A DNA stretch of 64,000 bases from Tubiluchus corallicola (GCA_030141605.1 JAQGDQ010000090.1:606750-670749), one strand, 5' to 3'; shown: positions 36,516-51,198, numbered from the stretch's first letter. Notes: generated by a model from the sequence alone, not told the origin. Numbers and translations are program-made.

Positions 36516-38036
36516 ATGGCGGGAGGCGGAAGAACGTTAAACAGTCAGTTAAAAACTTTTGGCTTTGGTATGCGAGCCTTAAAAAAATTCCCCGAGGTAA
36601 GTATTACAACTATGTGTCTATTTAAGGATTGTCTGGTTGAAAGTATTTACCATTAATTGATTGGGTGTCTTGAAGCATTGGAACAATGACGACTAAAACG
36701 GGGTGGGTCGCTTGTAAAGGTGATGATAATATTATGCTGCTCAAAAGTCCTACTTGCACAATCTAAATACCACTGAACCCAATTTGTGATTTAAATGACC
36801 AGCCATTGTAACTCATTTGCTTTCATCTGACTATAACTGAAGTGGTTCACTTTTCTGTCAAATGCTGTATTTTACCCTGATTTGCAAAGAGAAATTATTT
36901 AATTGATTACTAAAATTAGGCAATGTACAACACTGTTTTTATTATAACAGAATTTTTTATTCACAATTCTGACAAACATAATTAACTCATATTTTATTGT
37001 TTTAAACAGAGAGCTACTTTTTTAAAATTTCTTGTTTATAGTAAAATTGTAAAGTATAGATCAGGCCCAAGTCTGGATTTTTATGCACACCAAGTAGCTA
37101 CTGCAGGGCTTTTTCGACGATCTGTCATGGGTGGACTCCTAGGTGGAGTTGCTGGTTCTTCAGAGTTTGAATGTGCTGAACTATCTAGAGGAGCTACTTG
37201 ATCTTGGGCTGATTGTTCATTATTATTAGTTACTTTCTTTTCTTGACGAGTTCGCCTTCGTCGCTTTAACTTGCTCAGAGCAACTTTCAGCTGTAAAAAG
37301 AAAACCAACGATAAAATATATTTAGACTTGACATTTGATTTTGTTTTCTCACTATTACGTGAATGATAGTAAAATCATTGTACATATCTACCTTTCTTGC
37401 TGCCTGTTTTTTGCCTGCTTTAGATTTGGCGCTGTGCGTAGTCTTCTTCAAGGAAATCTTCCTGTCTTTCTTGCCCTGCATTTTTTGGGATTTTGAAATC
37501 GCTTTATGGTGCACCTTTGACGTTGCTCGTGATTTCGTGACAGCCTTGGAGCGAGATTTTGGAGTTATTCTGCTGCGAGACCTGTGAGTTGCTCTCGGTT
37601 TCTTGTTGCACTCCCTTTTCTGCGTTCTGCTGCGTGGTCTCTTTGATATGCATTGCCTTTCTCTAGCATTTCTCGCCATTTTTCTTGATTCGCGTCGATT
37701 AAGAGCAGCTGTCTTGATTACCTTGAAAGCACGTCTTGCTACCGCAGAAGTCAAAATCTAAAGCGTTCTAGCGAGTAACGATGAGCGCGCACAAAAGTAT
37801 CCATGGCAACGCAATAATAGTTTACCTCATATTCTACGTCATAGTAATAATAGTTTCAAGATTGCGATAGGACGAACGTCCACCAGTTTGACATAATTAA
37901 TTATGGACTACATATACCCCAGTCTCAATAATTCGAGAAATAAAGTCCGTAGCCGTTAAATTAAAAACCTATTGCGCAGGTGCTGGAAGGGTGACCAGTT
38001 TGTAATCCGTCTTGTTGACCTAAAAAGCTATTCGCC

Positions 38037-38070
<34 letters not shown>

Positions 38071-41000
38071 CATATATCTGTGAAGATACAGATTAAAATG
38101 CTAGCACTCTTACAGCTTTACAGCCTTACAGCAAATTGTAAGAATTCGGGAAATTGGAACTTATAATTACGTCGCTGATCTCAGCTAAGGAAGCTTGCAA
38201 TGCTTTCCGGGGCGAGTCCAGAAGCACAAGGAAAATGCAGAGATAATCTTTGTAAAAACTGCGTACTAGGAGCTAGGACTCCCGGAAGCTACAGATACAC
38301 AATGTTGAAAATAGCACTAGTGCTTGATACTATGTGTGCGTAATGTAGTGTTCTACCCATTTTGGGTATTGTCTAACGCAGCAATACAATTGGAAAACGA
38401 CCAATTTTTCAAAAACAATGATTCATTGATTAACATGCCGGCTTATAACTATTCCAGGAACATTACAAATTTTTTGACACACACCCTTCCTCACACCGTG
38501 ACCCCCTAAAACACGGGCATTATAATATGAAAGTAGGCATTAATTTCCATAAAGGAAGCTATGCAAAATCGCAATTTCTTAATAATAACGATAGTTTTGC
38601 TAATATTAACTTTTTTAAATTTGTTTCAGTTGGTGCCGGTGGTCACATTCGCCACTGCGGTGTGTGTAGCGTTTGTTGGATTTGGTGCCTACGCCTTGTT
38701 CACGAAACCAGATGTTATGTAAGTAATATTTTAGTTTTAAAATTGTGAAAAATGATTGTAAGACATAAACTGACTAAGATTTCAATTTAGTCTTAGACTT
38801 CAACTAATTTAAACGAACTGGTGTGAAGCATAAATCATTATTAAAACAGTTTAATTTGTTAACTCCATCACGTTCTTTGAAGATGATTATGGTAATGTTA
38901 CTTGAAATCCTCCGCTTGTATTGTTATCATGCTATTTTTAGTTTAGTTTAGTTTTTTGTTAAAAAAATCTTGTTAAATCTTGCCAATTTTTGTTAAAAAA
39001 TATTGAAATATTTACAAGAAATCAAGATAAAACGTATATTATATAATATACAGTACGGATACAAATTTTACAGTTAAAATGACTAGCTAAAAGATTACGG
39101 ATAAAAACACAAAGAGCCAAGGTTACTGACATATGCCTGTTAAAAAATGCTGACGTTGGTTATTAAGACGTTAATGATTAAATTGATTACATCTTTTAAA
39201 CGTTTTTTAAAAAGCTCGCTACTCCGAGCACAAACCAAGGGGACACCGCTGACAAACTGGAAGAGTTACTTCCATGTTTTAATTATTCTATTTGAGAAAA
39301 AGTGTTTAAAACAATCTAGTCGACAGTGAGTAGGCTGTAACTTCAAGCGGTGACCCCTAGTTACATTAGATAAAGGTGCCTTGCTAAAAAATACATTTTT
39401 GCTATAGCACTGTCACCGTGTAATATAGAATAACACACTCATATCACAGTATGTTCGACGAAGCTCAAGTGGCTCAAGACTTAAAAATGCTAATCGGTCA
39501 GAGTATGACATTTTACCAAGATTGCACCTAGGAAGGCGTTTTGTTAGTCATTTGGTCCGTCTTACTGAATGAAAAGAACGCATTCTGCACTAGAGCAGAA
39601 CATCCTATCCTTTCGTTTTCTTATTGCTTATGAAGCTCTGCTGCAAACAATATGCTAGTCCACTGATGTACACGGTCGATTTCAAATGGCAATGCTGTTT
39701 AATTTGCCGCCATGGATACGTGATAATGTCAACAAACGGATAACTGAGCTACTGCAGTTAGTAGCGAGTTTGCTTTTGCTAAAATTAAACAGAAACCCAT
39801 TTTAAACTGTCCCGATTCCGGAGAGAAGTCCAGACTGCTCATTAAGCTGCAAAAGGGTTACGTGAAACTGTTATTTTACTGTTCTGTCAAATCAAAAACA
39901 CGTTACCTTGGTGAAAAAACGGGCTTCATTTAAGAGGTTTATTTTAGGGTTGCTGTTGATTTGGTGGCGATAGATTTATGGAGGGATAGGGAATGAATCC
40001 GTTACCGAAGTAACGAATGTTTTTCGCAGCCTGCAGGGCGTATAATATTCGCTCAAGAAGGGAAGGCTGTTATTAAGATGCATGCCTTTTCTTTTGAAAT
40101 AAAGCTCCTGATTTTTTTCTCCACGTGACCAGGAGCACGTAGTACCGTTAATAAAAATGTTTATAATATTCTTGATTCTTAAATAGTATCGTATGTCTGA
40201 TGTGCATCGTACTTCTAAACTTTACAGCAGATGGGAGGCACATATTGCATTAATAATTCTTGTATATCAGCACTCTCTCAGGCATACTTAAATATGCAGG
40301 CCCATGTGTTTTGCTTCATCCATGTACATAATTTTTCATTTTTTTTAAATTTATTAATTAGTTTTGCCTACTAACTTTATCGTTTATCATTTACTGTGTG
40401 CAACTAACTGGACGCTTTCATAGACTGAAATTGAAATTGAAATCGAAGACATAATTCTTTAAGTAAATGCACATGTCTATAATTAGTATGAAGTATCACA
40501 GTGAGGTAGAAAACTGCTTTTTAGTATAGTGCAATATTACAAGTGTAACAGGTATCAAACGTAAAATACGCGAAATGGTAGATACTACAGTTGTTACATA
40601 ATTCGGCTCCTTGCAAGGTGAAATCCAACATTCACCTGCATTGCCTAGTCCACTTGATGTTTGTGGCAAGACCAGAGCCTAGCTCATTTGACTGGATCAT
40701 TCAAACCTCATTCAAGTGTTGCCCTCTAACGTGAGCCACTTACCCGGCAGGGGTGTCTTAGTCATCTTCAGATGTTACCTATCCTTCTCCAAGATGGGTC
40801 GTTCTGCAGACCTGTTAGTGGCAATTGTTACCACCCACAGAGGGAGTATTGAATCTAGGTGACGACCAGTCGTAACATTTACGCGAAGCATAGTCGTAAG
40901 ACTGCTCATCTATGATCACTGAGTGCTATGTGTAGCTTTGCTGCACGTGGAAACAAAAAGTTTAGTGCATTATAGTTTTTCATGTCTTGTTGAACACGCT

Positions 41001-42310
41001 AGTGAAGGTCTAATGTAACACATGTGCTTTTTGCGTTATTTTTGTGCTTTTGTACCATTTTTGTACTCTTGTGCCTAAATCAGTAATCTCGTAAATGTCA
41101 TAATGCATCTTATTGTTTCATTATTTCCTAGGGTAAATCGGTCAGCACCTGAGCGTTGGTCTGAGATAGAAGGAGATCAGAAATCAAAGGTACCAAGCAT
41201 TAAAAATCATTTTATGCAAACATATAACTATTCTATTCAGGTTCTTGAATGTGGACGGCTCATTTTCTTTCTTGCTTGCGTTTAGTTTTGTTTTATTACT
41301 CATTTTGAATATGTTTAATAGCGACTGCTTTAATAATAGCGATTTGAATTCTGAAGAGCTCTAAACAGAAGGGTGCACTTAACCTGATTAGTAATTGTAT
41401 GGTTGCCCATTTGTTGAGCAATAATAATTATTCATCTTGTATCTTTTGTGTATGTTTAACATTGTATGTCGTTTTATACTTACCAGCAAACCTGTTTATG
41501 CCGATTCTGTTTTATATATTCAGCTGGTTTAATTTTTATGAGGTGCATTGCCTTGGCCATAAATCTTTGTCTGCCAGGCAGTGCATAAAGCAGGTTGTGT
41601 TGAGTGAATGACATTGGCAAACATGCGAATGTTCACGCTGTTTCACCTGGCATACTAAAAACGTTAAACTTGTTTTACACGAGCGCCTCTTCAACTTGCG
41701 TAACCTTGTTGATCAAACAAGATTTACCTGCTGTTATCATATCGTGGATAACGTAGGCGAGATTATTATGTCTGCGCATAATGTATATAGTTCCTGGCAG
41801 TCTGTGTGCAGTAGGCCCGAACAGGCAGTTAAAAAATCGGGCTAAATTATGCAGTACTATCATAGATACTATCAAAACAAAAAACACAAAAACTCTAGAA
41901 AGTATTCCAAGTAATAAAACTCTAATTTCTGATTTTTCGCATGTCTTTTTTGTTTGTTCTTGCTGAAGGAAACTGTATTGCTGTGTGGGGGCCACTCCAT
42001 TACATGGAATTGCATGAATATGCCAAACAGTCAATATGTCAAACAAATTTGTCAGGCATAGCATACACCCATCCTGCAGAAGTTTTTTAAAAGTTCAATA
42101 TTTTGGAAATTGAAGTGATGTGTCTCTTTGCAAGGTGTCTCTGTTTCTGAGGGACGCCACAATTAGCTTTTCCATGGAAGCCTGCTGTATTGCCATTTTT
42201 GTGCTTTTACATGAGAATGTTTTCGTTTGCAGTTTTTGACAATAACTCAGGAGTATAAGAAGATTCCAGAATTGGAAGAACTGAAGAAGGAAAAGCTGAC
42301 TGGCCAATAA
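36516..42310 (+). CDS. C15orf48: NDUFA4/C15orf48 (NMES1, COXFA4-like, B12D family) cytochrome c oxidase accessory subunit, 101 aa
   Basis: Exons 36516-36596, 38630-38718, 41132-41189 and 42233-42310 splice in frame to MAGGGRTLNSQLKTFGFGMRALKKFPELVPVVTFATAVCVAFVGFGAYALFTKPDVMVNRSAPERWSEIEGDQKSKFLTITQEYKKIPELEELKKEKLTGQ*. This matches the family pattern KK.PEL.P-TM-KPDV..R...E.W...K..TI.Q.YK.I.EL. A likely 5' UTR exon ends at the donor at 35557. Exact orthology within the family is uncertain. Confidence 0.85.
37081..37679 (-). CDS. Lys/Arg/Ser-rich protamine-like (sperm nuclear basic protein-like) protein, ~165 aa, nested antisense in an intron
   Basis: ATG in AAAATGG context at 37679. Exon 37392-37679, a phase-0 GT-AG intron, then exon 37081-37290. 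Sequence MARNARE..KRPRSRTQK..RSRSRITPKSRSK..KKQAARK|LKVALSKLKRRRRTRQ..TPPRSPP. AATAAA on the minus strand near 36995. Confidence 0.7.
37797..37810. promoter_or_regulatory. RFX X-box motif upstream of the protamine-like gene
   Basis: GTATCCATGGCAAC fits the X-box consensus GTHNYYATRRNAAC, about 120 bp upstream of the 37679 ATG. A CRE-like half site TACGTCA lies at 37835-37841. Confidence 0.55.
39100..39330 (-). mobile_element. Degenerate CR1-like LINE 3' end
   Basis: FSNRIIKTW...FKKRLKD resembles the CR1 FSNRVI..WN.L...FK.RL terminus. Confidence 0.45.
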
Positions 42311-45300
42311 GAGCAATATGAGGCAAACTGCGCCATCTATAGTGTGACACCCAGTGCAACCACAATCTTTCAAATTGCTTTAATTTTATTTCTAGTTGTA
42401 ATTATGTTAACGAGTGAATGCTTTTCACTGTCTGCTTTCCTTTTTGTAATGCTTATGTAGTCATATAAAGTTACATAACCTAGACATATTTATTTAGAAA
42501 TTCATGTTTTAAAGATTTCCGATGTTGGCATAAACATGTGATTTAATACTGTGAGTAATGCTGTAAATATACCAAATATTGCTGCTAATATTTGCACATG
42601 CACAATCGCTTGTCTTTTTAAATTAATAATGTCTGTCAATGTCTCTGGTAAAGTTTTATTATTTTTTGTTTATTGTAATTTTTTGTTTGACAAAATAACC
42701 CTGTTGACTTCAACTTGTCAACTAAAATGCAACCTAAGTTTTGTAACTCGGTTTTTGAAATCGGGACCCCGGAAGAAAGTGCCAGGACACTCTAAGCAAA
42801 ATAAAAATACGAATAACTATTAAAAAATTCATAAAAAACGAAAAAAGGAAAATTCTATAGCATAACAATAAACCAGGGAGTACCAGACATGCTATTCAGG
42901 GAAGTAAACTCAACCAGTTATACCCATAAAAAGCAAAAATGAGAGTGCGAATCGAAGGCTTTCTTTGCCCGGCCTCTTCTGCTCGAATTTTTGTTATTTT
43001 GTGAGTTTAAATGGATTTTGCCACGAAAATTTTTTTCAAAATCGTTTTGTAGACTGCCAGCTTTTTCATCAATAAAAGACTGTTATGCTATATACCAAAA
43101 CATTGTCTTCCGTGATCGTCTTTTTAATTAATTTCCACCAAGAATCATTTATCACTTGCTGGTCATCTCCCACAAACTCGCTAACGTTGTTGAAGGGCAG
43201 AATTGGCATATTAAATAAATCGGCTAGGGTAACCTACTCAGTGAATCTATTGATTGTGAATAAGCTACTGTGGGTAAATTTTCAGGAAGGAACAAAACTG
43301 ACAATGCAATGTACTGAAAAGACTTGGAAGAATAACTGCTTATTCTAGTAATGTGGTTAATATTGCAGCCAAATTTCGATCCAGTTGGCGTGACTATCAG
43401 CCCGTTTTTCTGCTGAAAATCTTTTCTGTAACCGCTGTTTAAACTTGGTTATTGAGCTGTCGAATGCAAACAGTGAAATCGATAAACCAGTTCATAGACT
43501 AGTTTAGTTCTACAGCACACAGTGTCTTTCAGAGATAGACTCGAAACCTCCACGTGTTACCTGATATTATACATTCAAAGAAGAGGAACAATAACATTTA
43601 GAAAGGGAAGAAATAATCGCTCGTTCGGGGCAAGACATAACAAACATCAGTTATCAAATACAGGTTCGTCCAGAAAAGTTTACCCCAAATGAACTCGTAA
43701 CTATTCATCCTTAGATAGAGACGTTTGTAAATGGTATCCACATCACCGTGATAACCTAGTTTATCCTATTTCCAACGAACTACAATTTCCCTTCCTAGAC
43801 CAAATGCTGCTAGGACAGTTTTTCTATGTAGTTTAGTAACCATATTAATATAGTTCTGTTACAACTGTAATTATATTTTGAATTTTTTTTCACTAACTAT
43901 ACCACGAAATAGTATATTAATGTAGTTCTGTTCCAATTATTGTAACTATATTTGATTTTTCCTGCTTGTGGTGCATAATAGTTATAAGATAGCACATATT
44001 GTAATGTAAAATTATATGCTGAAGTGGATAATGAATTACAATTACTACAAAGCGTTTGGTGGGAATTGAGGGGAGGGTTACAGCTCTCTTAAGGTGGAGA
44101 AACCTGGCTGCGCGGTCAAGTCGGTTTCTTTTACAAACGCCTTTACCAGAATGACAGGTTGCGATTTAATTTGGGCAATTGTTTTTTTGGGCGACCCTGT
44201 ACATGTAAATAATAATAATAATAAATCTAATTTATTCTCCATTTGCAGAAGTACAATACATTTTTTACACATAAATGCACTACATGCATAATATATGAAA
44301 TATAGCAACAGTTATCACAGTTAATTATATTATAATAATGTTATAGTACATGTAAAATTATTAATGACAATGACATACAAACATGTCAATCACTATTGAA
44401 CAGACAAACAAATAAAAAAACGTAGAAAATGAAGATTGCTAGAAATAACTCTCCTAAATGTATAGAGCCATTGTCCATAAACTCAAGAAGCGCTCTTGAA
44501 TTCTAGGTTGTTTGACCGACACAGACGAATTCGCGTGAATAGTATTTATTTATTCAGGCATGTGGTGATGTCACATAAACTAAATACCAGGAAATCGATG
44601 TACGAGCTTGTGCCGCTAACATGACATTATTTATTATCTAGTGCATGTAATCTAACAGAGTGATACAAGTTCGTAATCGTTTAACTGCTACTTGCATTAT
44701 GAGCAAAGATTGCCGGAGTAAATACATCGAGATAGATACACCGTTAGTAATTACTTTATCCGTATGAGGCCTACATAAAATTTCGTGTTTATACGCGCAA
44801 AGTAATTTGTTCTTTTACAATACCTAATAAAATAATTTCCTACATGGATACTACTGCTCGGTAGCCTAACTATAACAACTTTATAAAGTACCTCGCAAGT
44901 CGCGACATTAACCCCTGGACGGTGATGCCTTCATTGTATAAAAGGATTCGATCAACATAGATTGAACCCCTCCTTTGATTTTGCACATAGGGAGAGAGAA
45001 TCAAAGAGACATAATATATTGTTGATAACGTCTACATTTATAAGCGCTCCCTTATTCCCAAAATTTATGGCATTTTTGATCATGAGACCTTGACAAAGCC
45101 GCCTAGAAAAGAGAACTAATTCAGAAAAATTACTCAGAAACTGCACACACAGACCTAAAAACTTGCGAGAGTGGAATTAGTAAAAAATTGCTGCTTATTA
45201 TACTCTGGGCCGCTTAATGGTGCACTACAGCCAATTTATGCAGATGCCAGCTGTTTACGTGAATTGAGAAAATTATTTATCTCGAATTTTAACTTGATCG

Positions 45301-46479
45301 AAATGAAAATATGGTCATTTTTGTAGCTAATGTTATGTATTTACCAATGTTAGGCATCTGCGAAATCTTTAGCATAAATTCGCATTCACGCTACTTCATT
45401 AATCATCATTCCCATGCGCTCTGCTTAAGTGACTTTTAATGGCATGTTGCAAAGCTTAGAGCTTCTGTGACCTCAGAAAGCTCGTCATCCGGTGACTGTA
45501 GTAAAACAATGAACATCGGTCCTTCATTCACTGCTTAGTGACCTGAAAATGTATGCAAGGTAGAATAATAAAACTGATGGGGGAGATAGGAGTCTGATGA
45601 CTGTCAGGTGTCTTGGACATTTTTTTAGACTATGTGAATCAACTTTTCTTAGAGTTTAGGACCGAGCCGGAATTATTTAACATTTTTTTTTATTTTTTTA
45701 ATTTAAAACTTGCTTATTACATTTAAAAGGTATGTAACATTACAAAAAAAAACTTAAACACTTAAGCCACACATAAAAATTACAATAGAAACTACTTAAA
45801 AATACGTAACTATATATGTGTATATATGACACAACGCAGTAAACACACGTTATGTAATTCTGCCAAGCTCACATACAAATAATTAAGTTATTTCTCTTGT
45901 AATGACATCATGGTTAGTTAGGAATACTGCATCCTCCCAAAAATTTGAAGAGCTACGAAACGCCTTATTGTAACCCACCTTTAAGAAAGTGCAGTCAGTT
46001 GTATTGGAAAAAGTTACGACACAAGACACATTTTGCATAAAATTCATGTACATACTATTTGTGGGCGCTTTCATAGCTTCATCATCACGCAAATCGGAAG
46101 TAAATATATACATATTTAATAACTATAAGAATTACAACATCCAAAGCCAGTAAGCCAAAGAATCGAGTGCTAAACATGATATCATGAGACTTCGCATTGC
46201 AAAGCAGCTTTACAAGGTGCGAAAAGTATCATATTATAGGCATAAAATAAGTGATTTGTACTAAGATTACCAATTTCGCAGCCTAGACCCAGATGTGTCT
46301 GAAGTCTAATCAGGTTAGAAGTAAGATGATCTACATAACGACATTTATTTATTTATTTATTATTTTTTTTACGCAACTAACCGAATGAATGTATTGTATT
46401 TACAATAATTCGAAATAAAACGTAATCCCTACACTGAATTGGTAGGGAGACAAAACACCATCCTGCTTTACACTGTTTC

Positions 46480-47100
46480 TTACAGTCAAAGCATCTGACA
46501 GTTTATCGCCCTATGCCACTTGAACAATTTGGTTTCGGTACCAGTTTTCGCAACCAGCGAGGATTTCCACGCTACAAGAATTTGATACAAAGTGTACTGT
46601 AGATTACCCTGTCGAATACCTTACTCACTTCCCAGAAATACAGTTATATACAGGACCAAGAGATTAATACACACCATAGTAACTAGAACATACTTCTGTT
46701 AATGCATAGATTGTGCCAATACTACGAAACCAACTTGACAAGATGAAGTGCTAAGTATGTCAACATATTTTAGGAGAATTGCGGACTTAAATATTTTTGG
46801 AGCAGAACTAGCAATCGCCACGGGCCTATAATAGTTCCAGTCAGTTAAACTTCATTTTCTGTCTTTCACTATTGGATCAATAATACGGTGCATAAAATTA
46901 GAAGGCAGATGGCCATAATCAAGCATAGCTGTAAAAACATGGCGCAAATAAATCAAGTAAAATACCATATGAATACATAAAAGTTTCCATGTTAATATCA
47001 CTAGTACCCGTAGTTTTTCCCCTTTTCATAGTTTTCAGGGTTTCACTAATATTTGCAAATTTGATATTATTTGCGTGTTTAATAAAGCTGTGATTGGTGG
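46480..47100 (-). mobile_element. Degenerate LINE RT N-terminal fragment
   Basis: KRGKTTG..DI..E, GHLPSNFM..II.PIVKD, LTDWNYYRPVAIASS.PKIF, QVGF and VYNC..SKVFDRV, with stops and frameshifts. Confidence 0.75.
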
Positions 47101-49199
47101 CTATTGCGATAATTTGATATATTGACCAAAATACAAAATTGAAGTACCCAAACAAGTTTTTTTCTCTTTCCCCATTTCGAATTAGACCACAATGTTTTAA
47201 CATATAAAAGCTATTGAGCGATGCCATAGTAGTGACTATGCGAGTAAGTCAGTGGCCATGGTTGAAGAAATAACAAAAAGTTTGGTGACCTGTGTCCTCG
47301 TTCGCACGCATTCAGTCTCGGTCTGTCAACATTCCGATTGCTTCAGCTTACCATTGGCGCAAAAAATTGAAGTGGATCTAAGTCCTTAACAAGAATTGGT
47401 TGTAAAAACTAAGGTCATGTAGATGTGCTTAAATTTCAAAAGCAAGCAAAAATGCACACAACTGTGGATGGTAGGATCATATTCAAGTTTGTGAAAAGAC
47501 GATTTATATTGTGTCAAATGACCAGCAGTCAAAGCCTTTTTAAATAACTAAAGGCAACGAAAGCTTAGCAAATGTGACAGTTGAATAGTCAATATTTCAA
47601 AGACACATTCTTAAAGCACAAGATAACCCTCCACTTACATAAAGTTTAAAAAAAATCGCCTTGAAATGTTATACCACTTACATACTGTCTTGTTGCATAT
47701 AGGAATTGCGTCGGCAGTAACGCTGTATAAAAAACCATGTACATTTAAACTCCCGTGATGACCGTTAGACGCAGTCATTTTGACGATAAGTTGTTTGAAA
47801 TAAGTTTAGATAACACTGAGTGAAGTTTGAAAAAATAATCAGAGTACTCGTGGCGCACACGTCTCTACTTAAGTAAAATTTCAACTTACTGTTATCTCGT
47901 CAATAAGATTAAAATACAGTTTTTAGTTAGTGAGTGGTGCACCCTGGACGTGAGTCAACGACATTTTACAATTGGTGAAAACGTTTTAAATAATTAATAA
48001 TTTTCTTTTTTACTTTTTCTACACTTTTCTACTTATATAAGTTTTCAAGCAGGTAAGCGAAATGCTAAGTAATATAGCTCTGCATGGGAAGTCTTTTTGG
48101 GACATAGTGTAACATTTCCTTTTCTTATCCTGATTCGTTGTGCATATATGACTTGAACAATGGTGCGACCGGAAAATTAAAATGAAAACAAACAAAAAAT
48201 CCTTTCAATGCGAGTACGATATACGCATCAAATTGCTATAAAGTAATACAATTTTTAAGGCGGTTTTTCTAAAACCTATTTCAGGTACCCCCTTCCTTGT
48301 CCTTTAACAAGAGTTATTTTCATTGCTCAGACGAATGGGTTTTCAAAATTGGTAGAACGCATACTAAACAAAAATTTAGTGGTAAAAATAATCCAGTACA
48401 CTCAGCTTCGTGGTTTTAGACTATTTCTTCCAGTCATCAAAAATACATCAGTGGCTAAAAATTTTCTCAGCTATTCAATATCTCAGAAAAAATATCAAAT
48501 AAATGCTGAGAAGTAGGGTAATAGTATCTTTTTTAAGACTGTGGGCCCAGTTAATTTTATAACTGAATGAACAGAAAGCAAAATACAAGGAAGCTTGATA
48601 TTTTTGACGTTTAAGTGAAAGAAAACTCAATAAAAGCCTTCAGCCTACAGCCACGTAATTATTAATATAACAAAACTGAACATAACATACTGAGTATCCA
48701 TTTTTCGGTAGAGAAGTAAACAATGGTGATCTAAATTTAATGGTGTGGTACCTAGTTACATTTTGACCAATGTGGTCAGGCAGATTGCGCTAAGCAAATT
48801 GAAAATTGTTCTAAAGTTTTAGGTTATTTGATTTTTTTCTTTCCTTTAAAAAGACATTTTATAACAGAAAGATTTTCTTGAGTACCAGTATTAGTAGCAA
48901 TGGTACACACCGGATACAGCCTACAAATTGTATCATTGTATCACGGTTCGCCAAATGACGCTTAAGTGTTTCTCTTGAAAGGGATTGCTCACTAATGGGT
49001 CATAGACAAGTGAGAGAACATTTGCTTGGTGGCATCACTGACATATCAAAAGTATATGAAGAGTAACGCCATACAATTCAAATGTATATTAGCTGTCTTT
49101 TAAAAATGTCTTTAAAATACTTTTAAGAGTATATTTTATCAACTATTAAATAACTCCGTCACTCTGTCTGTCTGGTCATCATACTTTCTGCCTACACCA

Positions 49200-50179
49200 A
49201 TGTATCTGGCATGTAGGAATGAGGTACTGATACTTGAAATAAATTCTTTAAGCGGATTATGTCGTGAATTGGTTAGCAAATGGTTATTGGAAAACAAACT
49301 TTCTTTAAACATAACTAAAACAAAATATGTTATTTTTCATACTATAAACAAACGGATACTAGCCTTAGATCTTAAAGTTAGTGATTTTGAAATTAAACGT
49401 GTTACGTCGTTTAAATTTCTCGGGCTAGTCATCGATGAATAAAACGATTCGTAATGCCCTTGGAATAATTAATAGACTAAAGCATTTCTTAGCTCTTTCG
49501 GTCAAAATGAAAATATATGCTTGTCTTGTTAACTGTCATATTAATTATTGAATACTCTTGAGGAGATCCAACTGTAACAGAGTAGAAAAATTGCTCAAAA
49601 AAGTTGCCAGAGTAAAGATTTGTGCTAAATACAATGCTCATGCAGAGCCTATATTTAAAATGTTAAAAATTCTAAAGATTGAAGATGTTTATTCTGTTGC
49701 TATTGCGAAATATTATTATAAATACGTAAATGAGTTTTTACCAATGTATCATAAAAATTTGCCACTGGTTTATAACTTCAATGTCCACTCTTATCTTGCA
49801 AGACAACAGTTACAGATGCATTATTGTAAAATACACAAATATGCTGAGCAGTCTCTCACATACACTGCTCCTAATATGATCAATTTAAGTTGTCTAACAG
49901 TAAGAATCATGGGTTAAGTTGCATTGTTAAAGAATTAAAAGAGTATTATCTCTCTTCTTATAGTGACTCGTATAATCTACCTAATTGCTATGTAAGCCAA
50001 CTACATTGATGTAACTTAGCATGATAACTCTTATCTCACCCTTGTAACTCTTGTAGAGTATTCTGTTTTTCCGGTGGCTGCCACGTCTGCAACCTTATAG
50101 GTTTTTGTGGCAGTTTCCTTGACAAATTGTCACATTGTATGCGCAATGTTTTATGTTGAATATTGTCTAAATAAATTGT

Positions 50180-50180
<1 letters not shown>
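49200..50180 (+). mobile_element. 5'-truncated LINE (CR1/L2-like) 3' fragment
   Basis: WLLENKLSLNITKTKYVIFH, FKFLGLVIDE and YNAHAEPIFKMLKILKIEDVY. Followed by AATAAA and a trinucleotide-repeat tail. Confidence 0.8.
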
Positions 50181-50492
<312 letters not shown>

Positions 50493-51141
50493 ATTTTACG
50501 TAATTAGCAGGTGAATCGATCTCGGCACGTTCACTGTGAATATAATATGTCTATTCACCTGCACTGTGAGAAGCCATCCCTGCTTTGAATAATTATTGTG
50601 CGAGTGTGAGAAATTACATCCATCAACTATTTATTTTAATATAATGAGTAACATCGGAAGTGCAACAGCACGTTGAATCAACAGTCCATTAATTTGTTAA
50701 TTAACTTACTAACATAACAGTGAATGTAATGCACAGCATAGGCCTATCTAATTACTTGGAAGCAGTAATGCACGCGACAGCAATTAATGTCGTTAGAAGT
50801 TCATTAATTACCCAAATTAGTGCTATGCAATAACAGAAGGCAGTAATTCCATAGAAACCTATCTCATACTCTCGTAGCGAATCGATTAATAACTCTCCCC
50901 CTTGGTTCAAGTTTCTGGTAATTTTTCAGGGCATAAACTGTTAAAAAAAGTTAAAATCAATAAGCTCATTGCTGTATGGTGCATACCACGCATACAGCTG
51001 TACTTTGACCGCACTAAAAATACTTTCAGTCTTTCATGCTTTGCAAACGAGTTTTTTATGTGGCAAACAAAATATCTGAGCTCAATAAACAGACGAATGT
51101 TACTGTACGTGGGGGGACTAAGCTTAAACAAAAACCAAATG

Positions 51142-51144
<3 letters not shown>

Positions 51145-51194
<50 letters not shown>
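51145..51194. repeat. (CT)n microsatellite
   Basis: Directly visible. Confidence 0.95.

Positions 51195-51198
<4 letters not shown>

Noticed and set aside
42311-42700. miR-147-like hairpin in the 3' UTR of the C15orf48-like gene, as in vertebrates
   Set aside because: No GTGTGCGGAAAT-like mature sequence or convincing hairpin was visible.
43085-43450. Possible hAT transposase remnant on the minus strand (HCI.., LADLFN)
   Set aside because: The motif matches are too short and degenerate to support a call.
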